DNA of 64,000 nucleotides from Eledone cirrhosa (GCA_964016885.1 OZ024745.1:49786001-49850000); one strand, 5' to 3'. Positions 13,771 to 27,980 are shown, counted from the first letter of the stretch. Numbers and translations are program-made. The notes: generated from the letters alone by a model not told the origin.

Positions 13771-13929
13771 TATATTTTATCTAATGATTCTTTGGACTTA
13801 CATTTTTATATATAGCTCTGATTAATAAGTATTTAATTAATTCTTCATTGAGCCACACCGTGAATGGTTGCCAAACTCATATATGTATCTGTGACATTGT
13901 CTAATTATATATATATACCCTTTGAATTT

Positions 13930-14006
<77 letters not shown>

Positions 14007-14029
14007 AATGCAATGCAGTTAAAGACCAG

Positions 14030-14605
14030 TTAAATCAGTGGCTGACGGAATTCTTTGCATCATGTGCCTTTCTAAGCGATAGCAGACGGTAATCGCAAAT
14101 GATGGCGATTATTTTGACTTGTAAAATTATTCTAATATTAAAACTCTCTTAAGCAAACGGATAGAGCCAGATTCACCCAATTTGATATTATGGACTTTTA
14201 CCCGTCGATATCCACCGAGTTACTCGATAAAGACCTGAACTTCGGCCGATAGATTTAATGATATCCATAACTTAGACCAACCGGTCATATTGCATTGCCG
14301 TAAAACCCCTTCTTCAACAAGTGGAATGCCTTGATAAAGAAATTCGCGACAAACGACTTTTTTGAGATGTCCCTATGGAGTAGTTTGACAACGCGGACAT
14401 TTGCGATTTGGTGGAGTTCTTTATTCTGGATACTTTAGACACCAAATTCCCTGATTTCCAGACGGGGTTATATCGTGACGATTATCTGGTCCTTCCAAGC
14501 CATAAAAATGGCCATAACCTCGACACTTTTAAGAAAGATTTAATCACCACATTTAGTGACTGAAAAATCACTGTATACACCAACCTCACTAATGTTAACT
14601 TTTAA
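14030..14605 (+). pseudogene. Degraded Penelope-like RT fragment (GLYRDD type)
   Basis: FTQFDIMDFYPSIS, DVPM..CDLVE and GLYRDD motifs, interrupted by stops and frameshifts. Confidence 0.75.
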
Positions 14606-14614
14606 ATCAAGGAG

Positions 14615-14683
<69 letters not shown>

Positions 14684-14689
<6 letters not shown>

Positions 14690-16243
14690 ACAGGAGCGAA
14701 GCTGAACCGGGACAAGTTCATCGGTTTGCAACTCCGATCGTGGAGAGGCAAACCGATGCCTTCCGATGGCGTCGTCGGACGCTGGACGGAAGGACCGGTA
14801 AAGCTGCTCGGGGTCTGGTTTGGTCCGGACATCCAGGTGGAGAAGAACTGGAACGAGGTGACGGCCAAGATGTTTGCACTCACCCAGAAGTGGGCCGAGT
14901 GCAAACTATCTTTGAAAGATCGAGCGGAGGTGGCGAACACTTTTATAGCGTCCGCCATCTACTACCGCTTGACCGTCGTGCCTTGTCCAGCCAAAATGCT
15001 CGCCAAAATGGAGCGCGCGCTCTTCCAATTCCTTTGGAAGAGGCGGGCTCCTTTGGTGAGAAGATCCATCTGCTGCCAACACCCTTCTAACGGAGGGCTG
15101 GGGATGCCGTGGTTGACGATGCGCAAACACGCGCTCAGGCTGCGGCATCTCTACGTATTCCTCACCGGACAACCGGTGTGGGCCCCGTTCGTGAGGCGAA
15201 CCTTCCCACGACTCGTCTCGCTGACCGAGCTGCAGTCCTGGGTCAAGCAAAGACCGAGGAAAATGGGCGACTGGCACATCGAATGTGCTCAGGCGCTCAC
15301 AGCCCTCTGGCAGGCGGACCCGGCGATCAGTGGAGACTCCACTTCGTCATTCTATAGAGGGTTGATCCGCAGCAAGTGCGACGACGCGCTCGGTGAAACT
15401 CTAGGCGTAGAGGAAGATGAACTGGCCAGTCTGTTCGGTAGGACCTTCCGCCCGGGACCGATGGACAACTTCCAAAAGTCCCTGGCCTGGCAGTGCTACC
15501 GAGGAGCTCTACCAGGTCGAGACAAGCTCTACAGACATGGGCGCCCGGGCAGGGACCCTGCAAAAAAGATCTGTCCGAGGTGCGTGCGTAACGAAGAAAC
15601 CATCGCGCACGCATTCATACACTGCCCGGGCGTCACTGACCTGTGGGGCTATGTAAAACGACTATTGTCGCGAGTGAGACCAATCCGGTTTACCACCGAG
15701 TCCATTGTCATGATCAAACCGCCACCCTCCTTCAAAAACGAAGGAGAGGCGGTTTTCCTTTGTGTGATAGCTATGGCGAAAGAGGTTGTATGGTGGACAA
15801 GGTTGAAAGGGCTGAGGTCAGACACCTTTCTCTCCGGCCAACAACTGATTCTTTTTTTCAAATACCACTTTGGAAGAAGAATCAGGATGGAGAGAGAGGT
15901 GCTGTACCCCAGCAAGTTTTATGAAAGGTGGGTGAAAGTGGCGAGAATGGCCCGAGTGAATGGGCCTTCTCTCTATATCAACCTGCAGGTTGAGGAAAAG
16001 GAGGAGGAGAGGAAAGGAGGAGAGGAAAGGAGGAGAGGAAAGGAGTACGTACTCCTGGAGATGAGGGTTGCACATTTATTCGGGGGTATGTGTTACCCAT
16101 ATGAACTGTCTCCCCCTATTGGGGAAAATCGACTAATTTTTTAAATTGCATTTGTGATAACATTTTACACGTTTTTATTGTATGTAAACTTCCCCCTTTG
16201 TATTTGTCCCCTTCTTTTGTGCCCCTGTGACTAATAAAGAAAC
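14684..16243 (+). mobile_element. 5'-truncated Tx1/L1-clade LINE (post-RT region and CCHC zinc knuckle)
   Basis: ORF 14726-16144 with KLLGVWFG, GGLGMP and CPRC..ETIAHAFIHC. AATAAA at the 3' end. (CTAT)n on both flanks. Confidence 0.85.
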
Positions 16244-16307
16244 ATATCTATCTACCATATCTTCCTATCTATCTATTTATCTATCTAACCTAAACCCTAA
16301 ATCTCAC

Positions 16308-16770
16308 CCACCTTTTACTTCTGCTGGAATCTGCTAGGAGGAACTATGTCGTCAGTTTCCAAATTCACAGCTGAAGGTTTTTGAAATGTTTATTCGTAAA
16401 CCTATGGCATATCGCTAGATATACTTATTACTCATACTTATATGTATACAGCTATGTTAGAGCGAACATCTTAATTATATTTTTCGGCCGAGCCAGCCGA
16501 TAGCTGTACATAGGCGGATTTGCCTCATTTGCATATAATGCAAATGAGGCAAATCAGCCTATGTACATGTGTCAAAACTATGTTTTCAACTATGTTGAGT
16601 TCCCGCAGAGAGCAGGGTAAGGGAGCATTGACTTGATAAGGACCAGAGTCAGAAACACGTCGGCCGTCAGTTAACCACCCTTTGCTTATGCTGGAATCCG
16701 CTAGATGGAGCTACGTCATCAGTTTCCAAATTCATCGCTGAAGGCTTTCAAAATGTTTATCTGAACACCT
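16308..16770 (+). mobile_element. Small non-coding element with about 90-bp terminal direct repeats, an internal hairpin and a degenerate hammerhead (pLTR-like)
   Basis: 16308-16400 resembles 16675-16768; 30-bp-arm palindrome at 16505-16567; hammerhead-like motif at 16627-16671. Confidence 0.55.
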
Positions 16771-16887
16771 TAATTATATATATAGAGAGAGAGATGGGGG
16801 GAGGGTGGGGGTCATATGTTTGTATACATATACACATGTATGTATATATACAAACATATGTTTCCCTTCTCATTACATGCATACATT

Positions 16888-16931
<44 letters not shown>

Positions 16932-17089
16932 CAATCGGGGGTAACCACAGTAAGTAGGGTACTCAATACATAGCAGAGTATAAGTATTTAATATAGAAAA
17001 GGCTTCTACATGATTAGAACTGTTTCCTGATGAATTCTCCCGAATTAAACAGTTCTAATCCAGCAGAAGCCTTTTCTATATATATTATA

Positions 17090-19027
17090 CAAAGCTATAC
17101 GGACCCCCCCCCCCAACAATGATCAGGTAAGAAAAATGGTCGCACATGCAATAGGGGCTAGTATCAAAACTACCCTAAAGGGCCACATATTTAAGTTCAA
17201 CGAGAAAATCTACACCCAAAATGAGGGAGCAGCCATCGGCGTTAGCATAGCTGGTGATGTTGCCAACCTTTTCATGGTATGGTGGGAAAGGAGACTTAAA
17301 GATCTCCTTAATGAAAGCGCCATAGACCTCATCATGTACTCTCGTTATGTAGACGATATCAATATAGTTATAAGAACACCCCCACTAGAGAGCACTAACA
17401 AGTTTGAATTAGAACGTAGCACGATGGAAAGCATCCAGCAGATAGCTAATTCCATACACCAGAGTATAACTGTAACTATCGACTTCCCTTCCAAACACCC
17501 TAACAATAGACTACCTGTATTAGACACAGAACTCTGGATTAACACTATAGACGAGAGAGCCCAAATTCTCCACTCACACTATGCTAAACCCATGGCCTCC
17601 AAATACCTGATACTCAAAAACTCAGCAATGTCCAGTAGTGCTAAGTTTAATATTCTGATCGCAGATTTGGTATGAGTGATGAAGAATGTGTCCCGCATGT
17701 GCGACCCAACAGAAATGGAAAGGCACATCCAACACTTCATCAACCGCATGCAGTTCTCTGGCTACAACCAAAGAGACAGAGTCAGAGTATACGAAGGAGC
17801 CATGAAAAAGTATAAGACCCTCATAGAACTGGACATGAAAGGAATTTTCCCATTATACAGGAGCAAATCATGGAATAGCTTAGATAGGGCCTGACATAAG
17901 ATAGGGAAAGCCACCTCATGGTACGACAACCAGAGATACCAGAGTGTCATGTTTGTGGACGCCACCCCTGGAGGGAAATTAGCTAACCAGTGTAGAAAGG
18001 CCCTGAGAAAGACCCACTTAAAAATAAAGGTGGTAGAAAAGCCAGGAACCACCATAAAATCCCTGATCAGCAAAACTTACCCTTTTAAGAAAACCCACTG
18101 TACCAATAGGAAATGTATCATATGTAAGGTGAACCCCCGGATAAACTGTAAAACTAGAAACGTAGTCTATAGCATAAGATGTACAGAGGGTACTTGCAGA
18201 AACATGACAACAACATACATAGGTGAGACAGCTCGTAGCATAGGTGAAAGGATAGACCAACACTGGGGGGAACTAAAAGGACGAAAAAACGGGTCAGTAC
18301 TATACGAACATGCTAGACAACAACATGACGGTAACATAGACAACATAGAAATTAGAATAATATCTAAACATAGAAATGACCCAGCAGATAGGCAAATCAG
18401 AGAGGCCAGTGAAATAGAAATTAGAAGACCAAAGCTAAACAGAAAGAATGAATGGAATAACAACAACACCCAAACAAACAACACTGACCTAAGAGAAGTA
18501 TAAATAAGTAAATAAAATAAGATAAATAAATAAATAAATACATACACAAGCACAATAACAACAAGCACATAAACACACACTAGTCACCCATCACACAGCA
18601 AACATAACACTATACACACACGCAAACGCATGCGCAAAGAAGACGAAATAAAATAAACAACCAAGCAAATAAATAAATAAATATATAGACAGACTGAATA
18701 AAATGGCGTAGACATACAACACAACAGGAGGAAAATATAACACCACTGACGATGTTGCAGATGTGCAACGAAAGATTTATGATAAACTATATATATGTGT
18801 TTGTGTCTATATTCTAGCTGTACTATTTTTGACCGTCGGTCAGTCAATGGCAACATTGAGGACCGAGTAAGTTAGATTACCGATATAAAAGATAGCGAGA
18901 AGCGAAAACCAACCAAACAGTGAGTGTGTTCTGTTATTAATTCTGGCAATATTACACAAATATGACCCTCCCCAAGTATAACAATATTTGTTTCGACACA
19001 CGATTTCATATAAAAAACCTCGCAAAA

Positions 19028-19032
<5 letters not shown>
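17090..19032 (+). mobile_element. 5'-truncated Naiad-like Penelope element (second subfamily), two nonsense mutations, with pLTR
   Basis: ORF pieces 17136-18503 carry RT YSRYVDD and GIY-YIG. Near-identical inverted copy at 43850-45805. Confidence 0.9.
18741..18784 (+). ncRNA. Minimal hammerhead ribozyme motif
   Basis: CTGACGA-T-GTTGCA/GATG/TGCAAC-GAAA-GATT-TA; stem I is weak. Confidence 0.65.
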
Positions 19033-19099
<67 letters not shown>

Positions 19100-19164
19100 A
19101 TATATATAAATATATATATATATATTAGAATATAAATATTAATAAAATAGATGTTCTTTTGATC

Positions 19165-22100
19165 AATTACATTTTATTATACATGTTTCGGATGTACAAC
19201 AGTACGTCCTCATCAGACAAAATATAATGATACATGACATACCCTAAGATGTTAAATGGTTAAGATTTAATCAAGGTAGTGATTAACCTAAGAGAAAATT
19301 TAACATGTATACCCTAATAATGAGAAAATGCGAAAAACGTAATAAATTCAATAGAGAATGTGTGAGTAAGAAAAACGTTGCTTAATGTACCAGTTATCGA
19401 GATTTTAATATGTATGATACTACAATTTATCTAGGAAAGCATTTCATGAATTATAACAGTCAGTGAGAGAGAGGGAAAGATGAGGGGGGTAATGTATGCA
19501 GAAGGAGATTTTTTTCCGAAAGTTAAATGGTTAAGTTTGGAAATATTTAATTTATGTTATCTTAGGGTGAAGAATCAAGATTTTATTTTTTTTTTTTAAA
19601 TTGGTGGTTATTTATATATTAGTTTTGTAAATTTTATAAGTGTGTTAACATTTCTAAGCTTCTGAATTTTTTTAGGATAACATTTAAAGGATTTAGCTGT
19701 CCATTAATAAGGAAAGTTTACACTGTTGAATATTTTCCTAAATGTAATCTTTAATGAAGTTAATCATTGTCAACGTTTTAGGTATGTAAAGCTTTTGAAG
19801 TACTTATTGTTAGAAATATTCAAATAACGGTTATGTATATAGATATATATTAATTAATGAGCCAGTATATTTTTAGGTAAATGATAATGAAAATAAAAAT
19901 AAAATAATAGATTGAGGCATGTTAAAGTTAAATATATACCCATATATAACCGTGTGTAAATGTATTAATTATTCCTAGCTCAAAGTAAAAACAATCCAAA
20001 AATTTAGAAGTTAACTGAAAATTATGTATAGAAAGATACAGGGAGTTATATATGGATATATCTTATATTAGGTATTAGTGATACAGTATACATTAGGTAA
20101 ATGATAACGGTTATAATTTTATATAATAAAGTTCTACGTGTTAAAGTTAAATACATATATATATAAGAAAAACAATAATAAATGCATGGATAATTCATAG
20201 TTCAAAATAATGTTTATAATAATTTGTAATTTGGATATTTGCTCTATATTTGAATCATGGATATAATAATGCGGTAGGTATATTTAAAAACATAGAAATA
20301 TAATTACATACATATTATAAATAAGAGATCAGAAACGCATGAAGAATTCACTGTTAGAAAAATAAGTTCAGTAAAGATGTAAGGGTTGGATATATAACTC
20401 AGATTTAAAACTTAAGTTGGAAGATAAGGATAGAGAAATAAAGAAATAATGGTATGGATCAAAGTTAACAGAATAATGTTATGTGTATCAATGTTCCGGC
20501 ATGTTATTGAACAAGTGTCTTTCATTCGAGCGTTATTTCTTCTATAGATAGTTATAAGATAATGCAATATTATAGGCCACTAAAGTTTTCCCCTGTTGAT
20601 TATATACGTCTGACAACCAGGTTTTTAATGGTTTAATGTTTCTCTCTTTTTTTCTCGTTTTGTGGGAGGCTAAGAATGTGGACGTAGCTTTATGGAGGCA
20701 ACTAGAGAATAATTCACTTTTTTTGTTAATTAGGGTTCGTAGTTATTAATAATCAACAGGGTCTCCATTGTACAGAGTGCGCAGTTATTTGATATACTAG
20801 AGTTGTGGTAAAGTCCACAGTTCCGAAGTTTTGTCCAAAGAATGGAGTATTTTAAAATTCTTCTCTTTTAATGACCATATGAGCTGTGATAAAGACGTGG
20901 ATGATTTCCTCTTTGAGTTCGAGAATGAGCATTTATGGTTCGCAAACCTGGCTTTAAAGGTGGAAGAAGTCGATCCTATGTAGTTGTATGTGTTGTGATC
21001 AGTTTTTTACGGTGCATTTATAAACCAAATTACTATCTAGACAATTATTTTGCAGAGGGCAATCAGTTTTATTTCTACAATTACATTTAGGTTTAGTATC
21101 ATTTATGTAAACTCTATTATTAATATCATTATGCTGGTTTTGTTTTAGGATTTTAGTGTTTAATTTGGCGATGTTTGGGCCATGTTACTGGTTGTAGAAT
21201 ACGAGAATTTAATGGTATGTCTATTAAAAATGGAATGGTATTTATGTTGAGTAGGGAAAGAGGTGTCAAGGGCTTTAAAGAATAATTTTGCGATTGGTGT
21301 TTTAACTGCGACAGAAGCAGGGGGGGGGGAACCATATGACTGGTTTAGTTCTAGTTCTTATCCTCGATTTATTTGGCGTATGGGTGTTTGAATTATAATT
21401 AATAGAGTTTCTCTTATATATGTTATTATTCTTTATTAAGATTAATACTTGGATTATTATTATCTACATATTCTATGTTATTCGTATATCCTGCTCTTTT
21501 TAACGCGTTGTTGTAGTATTCAGCGTTTTCATCGAATATATGTTTATTGGCTGATATTTTATTAATTCGTTTTTGCACACTATTTACTATAGTTTTTTTT
21601 TTTACAGATTTAGGGTGATTGGAATGGTTACTAACATAGTTTAAGTTTTCATTGGGCTTATGAAGGGGTAATAGAAGCCAGTGTTTAAGGTAAAGGTAAC
21701 GTCTAGGAAATTAACTATTTTGGTACCATTTTCTACTTCTAATTTAAGGTTGTACATTTTAAGAATTCTATTATACTTTTCTTTACTCTATTTAGTTCTA
21801 TATTGTTGTGTTTAACCACCGTAAATAAAATGTCGTCCCTATATAAACCACCGGTAATCACTGGCAGTTTTCTATTTATCCTATTTAATATGAAAATTCC
21901 CAGATCTGATTTGCGCGGAATCGGATGCCTCCATAGTGATATCAAAGTTTTTATCTCTATCTGAGCGGGTCCAATATTCGTTGTTGAAGTTAATAAGAGT
22001 TCTTCTGGCTGTTAGTATTATATCTATTTCATCCGTGGTTATATCAGTATGCTTATAAGCATATGAAAGAGCCTTATTTAGAAGGTTAGGTGTTATGGAA

Positions 22101-22630
22101 GAATAGTAGCTAGTAATGTCCATCTGGATGAATTTATGGTTTTTCTTATCTTCTATATTTTTGTACCATTCTATGACTTCGTTTGTATCTTTCCATAAGC
22201 TCAACTTAGATCTCAATTTAAGAGTGGGTAATATTCTATCTATGATGTTTTTACTGATTACTCCAATATCATATTTCGATGGAGCAATCAGTCTAACTGG
22301 CATCTCTTCCTCAAAGTTTCTTTTATGATCCTTCAAGTTAATCCTCGGCTGCCTAGGTAAGAATGGCTCAGTTCTTCCTTCTATTCCTAAATTGGTAATT
22401 AATTTGTCGGCTTCTTCATTAATTTCAGTAAGATCCTCAGCCGGGGCTTTTTTGTAATTTTTCCTAAGTTCCTTTAAAATCAACTTGTTATATTCATCTT
22501 TGCTTATCCCATATAAATTATTAGTTTTGTCCGAAAAATTATTAGTTTTGTCCGGAAAATATTAATAACTCCGGAAAATTATTTCTTTCGTAGAGTGCTT
22601 CCAATCTACTGTAAAACTCATTCTTTGATA
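19165..22630 (-). mobile_element. Penelope-like element of GLYRDD type (possibly Nematis-like): RT, GIY-YIG and long 3' UTR, disrupted
   Basis: KFIQMDITSYYSSI, FDITM and GGLYRDD (21739-22483). CNCRNKTDCPLQNNC..LVYKC..YIGST at about 20900-21090. Confidence 0.85.
19166..19228 (-). ncRNA. Type I hammerhead ribozyme at the 3' end of the Penelope-like element
   Basis: ATTATATTTTGT-CTGATGA-GGACGTAC/TGTT/GTACATCC-GAAA-CATG-TA-(TA)-ATAAAATGTAAT: palindromic stem III (ACATGT) and 12-bp stem I offset by two nucleotides. Confidence 0.75.
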
Positions 22631-23096
22631 TACTCATTTGAATTTTGTTTAACTCTTCAATATATATATCTCTATATATATATATATATATACTCTTTTA
22701 CTCTTTTATCTGTTCCAGCCATCTGGCTGAGGCCATACTTATATTATATATGTATATGTATATATATATAAATATATTTGCACACACACGCACACACACA
22801 CACATACACACACACATACATATATATATATGTGTATGTGTGTATAATTATGAACAGTTTTTAGGAACAGAAGCAATCCGCTATTAAATAGGGTACTCAA
22901 TATACATTATTGTATTTAGAAATGACTTCAACTAGACTAGAATTAATTCATTCGTTTGGAATCATTAGGAGTATTCACATACATAAATACACACACGCAC
23001 ACACATATATACATACATATACATATGTGTGTGTATGTATGTATATATATATATATATAACTGTTTCTACTTTTGGCACAAGGCCAGCAATTACCC

Positions 23097-23296
23097 NNNN
23101 NNNNNNNNNNNNNNNNNNNNNNNNNNNNNNNNNNNNNNNNNNNNNNNNNNNNNNNNNNNNNNNNNNNNNNNNNNNNNNNNNNNNNNNNNNNNNNNNNNNN
23201 NNNNNNNNNNNNNNNNNNNNNNNNNNNNNNNNNNNNNNNNNNNNNNNNNNNNNNNNNNNNNNNNNNNNNNNNNNNNNNNNNNNNNNNNNNNNNNNN
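23097..23296. other. Assembly gap (200 N)
   Basis: Run of N. Confidence 1.
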
Positions 23297-23408
23297 ATAT
23301 ATATATACATATATATACATACATATATATATATATATATAAATATATATACATACATATATATATATATATATATACATATATACATATATATATATAC
23401 ATATATAC

Positions 23409-23569
<161 letters not shown>

Positions 23570-23610
23570 CATATATATATAAATACATATATATATATAT
23601 ATATACATAT

Positions 23611-25575
23611 ATAACTTTGAAATGTTTTGGCCAGTATTGGCCCAGGCCATGTCTAACTTAATAGCACCACCTGGCGAAGTCTTTCAATTCAGGATTTGGG
23701 CACCATGGCCCATTCGAGAAGAGAATTACTGTTTGCGGAGACATATCCGGGTGTGGGTGGTTTGTCCGGGATTACTTGGAGGAATTTGTCCGGGATTACT
23801 TGGAGGAATTTGTCCAAAGACTTCTTGAATTTTGTGTGGTCAGTTTCTGTTTTGACGTGTCCTGGTGTGATGTTGAAGAGAGCAGGGCCGATTGAGGTGA
23901 AATAATTGTGCCGTATTGTTGTTATGAGTTGCGATTTAGATTTTTGTATGGGACGGATAGCACGGGGCCCAAGCCTTGGGTGTATCTTGAAGGCGATGCC
24001 AACATCATTTGGGCAGTGATGATGGAACATTTTCCACATCATGCAGATAATATAACGCTCACGGCGACGTTGAGTGAGTAAAGTTTCAGCTTTTCTAGTC
24101 GACCCCAGTAGTCAAGGTCTGACATGTCATCTATCTTTTTCGTGATTTCCCTTTGAGGAGCTTCAAGTTTCATGATACTTTGTTTCGTGTGGGGAGACCA
24201 CAGTGGACAACAGTATTCAAGGTGTGATCGGGCAAAAGTAGAGAAGAGAAGGATAATGGTGTGGGAATCTCTCGACTGGAAGGTTCTGAGGATCCAGGAA
24301 CACATTCTGCGGGCCATGTCAACTTTGCTGCTTATATGCGTGGCCCAGCTTATGTTGCTGTCCACGGTTACTCCCAAGTCTCTGATGTTGTTAGATGCCA
24401 CGAGAGTTTCCCCGGGGGAAGGGAGTACGGGAGTTTCAGAGCATCCTCTTTTCCAAAGTCGATCAGTTCGAATTTGTCTTCGTTCAGTAACATGTTGTTC
24501 TTTTCCGCCCATTGGGTAACAGCCAGTAGGTCTGACTGAAGGCTTATCGGTCATCCACGCCATTGATGACCTTTTAGAGCTTGGAATCATCAGCGAAAAT
24601 TTTAATGTTGCTGTGTTTGATGATGTCAGTGATGTCATTAATATAGATGATGAAGAGAAGTGGGCCCAACACAGTGCCTTGTGGGACCCCACTACTGACT
24701 TTGGCTGGGCTGGATTTGACTCCTTCAACTACAACATGTTGGGTTCTGTTTGACAGGAAGCTCTTGATCCACTGCAGCAGCTTTCCAGTGACACCAATAT
24801 TGGACAGCTTTCTCAGTAGAATGTTATGATCAACCCTGTCAAAGGCCTTGCTGAAATCGAGGTAGATAACATCAGTGTTGGAACCCTCTCCCAAGGCTCT
24901 CAAAATGTCATCAAAGTGATGCAGTAGCTGCGTCAGGCAATCCCTTCCATTACGGATTCCATGCTGGTTGGAGTTCAGCATATTGTTACTCTCAAGGAAG
25001 TGGGTCATTCGCGATCTCACCACTCTCTCAAATACCTTAATGATATGAGAGGTGAGTGAGATTGGACGGTAATTCACGGCAAGGGATTTGTTTCCTTTTT
25101 TGAAAACTGGGACGACAGACTGGATAGAAGGTTTTCTGGCAGATATCCAGCATCCAGTGAGTTCCGCCACAGATTGGCAAGAGGAGATGCAAGTTGGTGT
25201 TGACACGCCTTCAAGACACAAGCAGGGAACCTATCGGGACCTACTGCTGAATTATGCTTGATTTCCTTTATTGCCGCTAAGACATCAGGGGCGCCAAACG
25301 TTATGTCCGATAAGGTGTAATGGGGAGTAACATCGCCGATACAGCCCAGATCGGCCATATCAGGATTGCTGAAAACAGAGCAGTATTGTTTCTGCAGTAT
25401 CTCACCCATGGTTTTAGCATTGTCTTGAAGAGTGCCATTTTCATCAATTAGAGGGCCAACAGTAGAGCCAGTGATTTTGTGTTTGTTTGCAAATGAAAAG
25501 AACACTTTGGGATTGAGTTTGATCTTCTCAATGGCCCAGGCCTCTTCAGCTCTTCTCTGATTGTTGATGAGGGAC
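23611..25575 (-). mobile_element. 5'-truncated CR1-like LINE (RT), frameshifted
   Basis: NYRPISLTS, YLDFSKAFD, GVPQGTVLGP, FADDSKL and LEYCCPLWSP. 27-bp tandem duplication near 23763-23816. Embedded in TA-rich repeats. Confidence 0.9.
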
Positions 25576-25576
25576 A

Positions 25577-25645
25577 TTATATATATATATATATGTATAT
25601 ATGTATATATATATGTATATATGTATATATGTATATGTATATATG

Positions 25646-25720
<75 letters not shown>

Positions 25721-26238
25721 GTATATTTATATATGTATATATTTTATATACATATATGTATATATATATATGTATATATTTTATATACAAATATGTATAT
25801 ATATATGTATATATTTTATATACATATATGTATATCTATATATATGTATATATTTTATATACATATATGTATATATATGTATATATTTTATATACATATA
25901 TGTATATATATATATGTATATATTTTATATACATATATGTATATATATATGTATATATTTTATATACATATATGTATATATATATACGTATATATTTTAT
26001 ATACATATATGTATATATATATATGTATATATTTTATATACATATATGTATATATATATATATGTATATATTTTATATACATATATGTATATATATATAT
26101 ATGTATATATTTTATATACATATATGTATATATATATGTATATATTTTATATACATATATGTATATATATATATGTATATATTTTATATACATATATGTA
26201 TATATATATCTATATATATACATATATATATATATATA

Positions 26239-26287
<49 letters not shown>

Positions 26288-26288
26288 C

Positions 26289-26335
<47 letters not shown>

Positions 26336-26374
26336 CTATATATATACATATATATATATATACATATATGTATA

Positions 26375-26406
<32 letters not shown>

Positions 26407-26472
26407 CATATACATATATGTATATATCTATATCTATATATATACATATATGTATATATATATATCTATATA
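25577..26472. repeat. TA-rich micro/minisatellite (about 30-34-bp units containing TATATTTTATATACATATATG)
   Basis: Direct inspection. Confidence 0.9.
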
Positions 26473-26852
26473 TAACTTTGAATAACTTTGAAATGTTTTG
26501 GCCAGTATTGGCCCAGGCCATGTCTAACTTAATAGCACCACCTGGCGAAGTCTTTCAATTCAGGATTTGGGCACCATGGCCCATTCGAGAAGAGAATTAC
26601 CGTTTGCGGAGACATATCCGGGTGTGGGTGGTTTGTCCGGGATTACTTGGAGGAATTTGTCCAAAGACTTCTTGAATTTTGTGTGGTCAGTTTCTGTTTT
26701 GACGTGTCCTGGTGTGATGTTGAAGAGAGCAGGGCCGATTGAGGTGAAATAATTGTGCCGTATTGTTGTTATGAGTTGCGATTTAGATTTTTGAATGGGA
26801 CGGATAGCACGGGGCCCAAGCCTTGGGTGTATCTTGAAGGCGATGCCAACAT
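26473..26852 (-). mobile_element. Second, short copy of the CR1-like LINE 3' end
   Basis: Nearly identical to 23611-24006 but lacking the 27-bp duplication; tail (TTCAAAGTTA)x2. Confidence 0.9.
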
Positions 26853-26931
26853 CCGATAGCATCGGATATCTAGAGCACCTGACTCTTTGGGAGAGGAAAT
26901 GGTATATATTCTATAGACATGTTTTATGATG

Positions 26932-26984
<53 letters not shown>

Positions 26985-27395
26985 GTATATATATATATCT
27001 CTATATATATACATATATATATATATGTATATATATCTCTATATATATACATATATATATATACATATATGTATATATATATATATATATATACATATAT
27101 ATAGGTACATATATGTATATATATATATATATATCTATATATATACATATATATATACATATATGTATATATCTATATCTATATATATATACATATATAT
27201 ATATATGTATATATATCTCTATATATATACATATATATATATACATATATGTATATATATCTCTATATATATACATATATATATATACATATATGTATAT
27301 ATATCTCTATATATATACATATATATATAGGTACATATATGTATATATATATCTATCTATATATATACATATATATATTTATACATATATGTATA

Positions 27396-27429
<34 letters not shown>

Positions 27430-27443
27430 CATATATGTATATA

Positions 27444-27477
<34 letters not shown>

Positions 27478-27479
27478 CA

Positions 27480-27527
<48 letters not shown>

Positions 27528-27528
27528 C

Positions 27529-27978
27529 ATCATAAAACATGTCTATAGAATATATACCATTTCCTCTCCCAAAGAGTCAGGTGCTCTAGATATCCGATGC
27601 TATCGGATATCTTAAAATGCGGACGAAACCATGGTAGAGGTTACTAAATATGTTCACTTTTCCCCTAGTTTATTTTACACCTAATTCTGTTTAGTTGACT
27701 ATATATCTGAGCGATTCATACACGCTGTCGAAATACTCAATAAATATTCCGTCGCAACCGACGCGAAGGGCTGCTTTCGGTTATTTGTCGGAGATTTCTT
27801 CATAGAAGCCTTTATTCTTATAGCTTGGTCTAATCGATTTTTTATATGGTTAATTATGCTATTTGGGAGAGGAAATGGTATATATTTTATCTGGTGATTC
27901 TATAGACATGTTTTATGACATATAGCTCTAATTATTTAATTTATTAACTCTTCATTGAGCCACAAAGTGACCCATTGC

Positions 27979-27980
<2 letters not shown>
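27529..27980 (+). mobile_element. Penelope pLTR-like remnant with a broken hammerhead; part is duplicated in inverted orientation at 26851-26932
   Basis: GGAC-GAAA-CCATGG-TA-GAG at 27621-27639. 3' end resembles 13810-13872. Confidence 0.5.

Noticed and set aside
17673-17894. In-frame TGA codons in a Naiad-like ORF as selenocysteine (some Naiads encode selenoproteins)
   Set aside because: The sister copy at 45 kb has CGA and AGA (Arg) at these positions, not Cys, and I saw no SECIS. They are ordinary nonsense mutations.
25561-27548. YI-rich ORFs up to 360 aa
   Set aside because: TA micro/minisatellite lacking stop codons.
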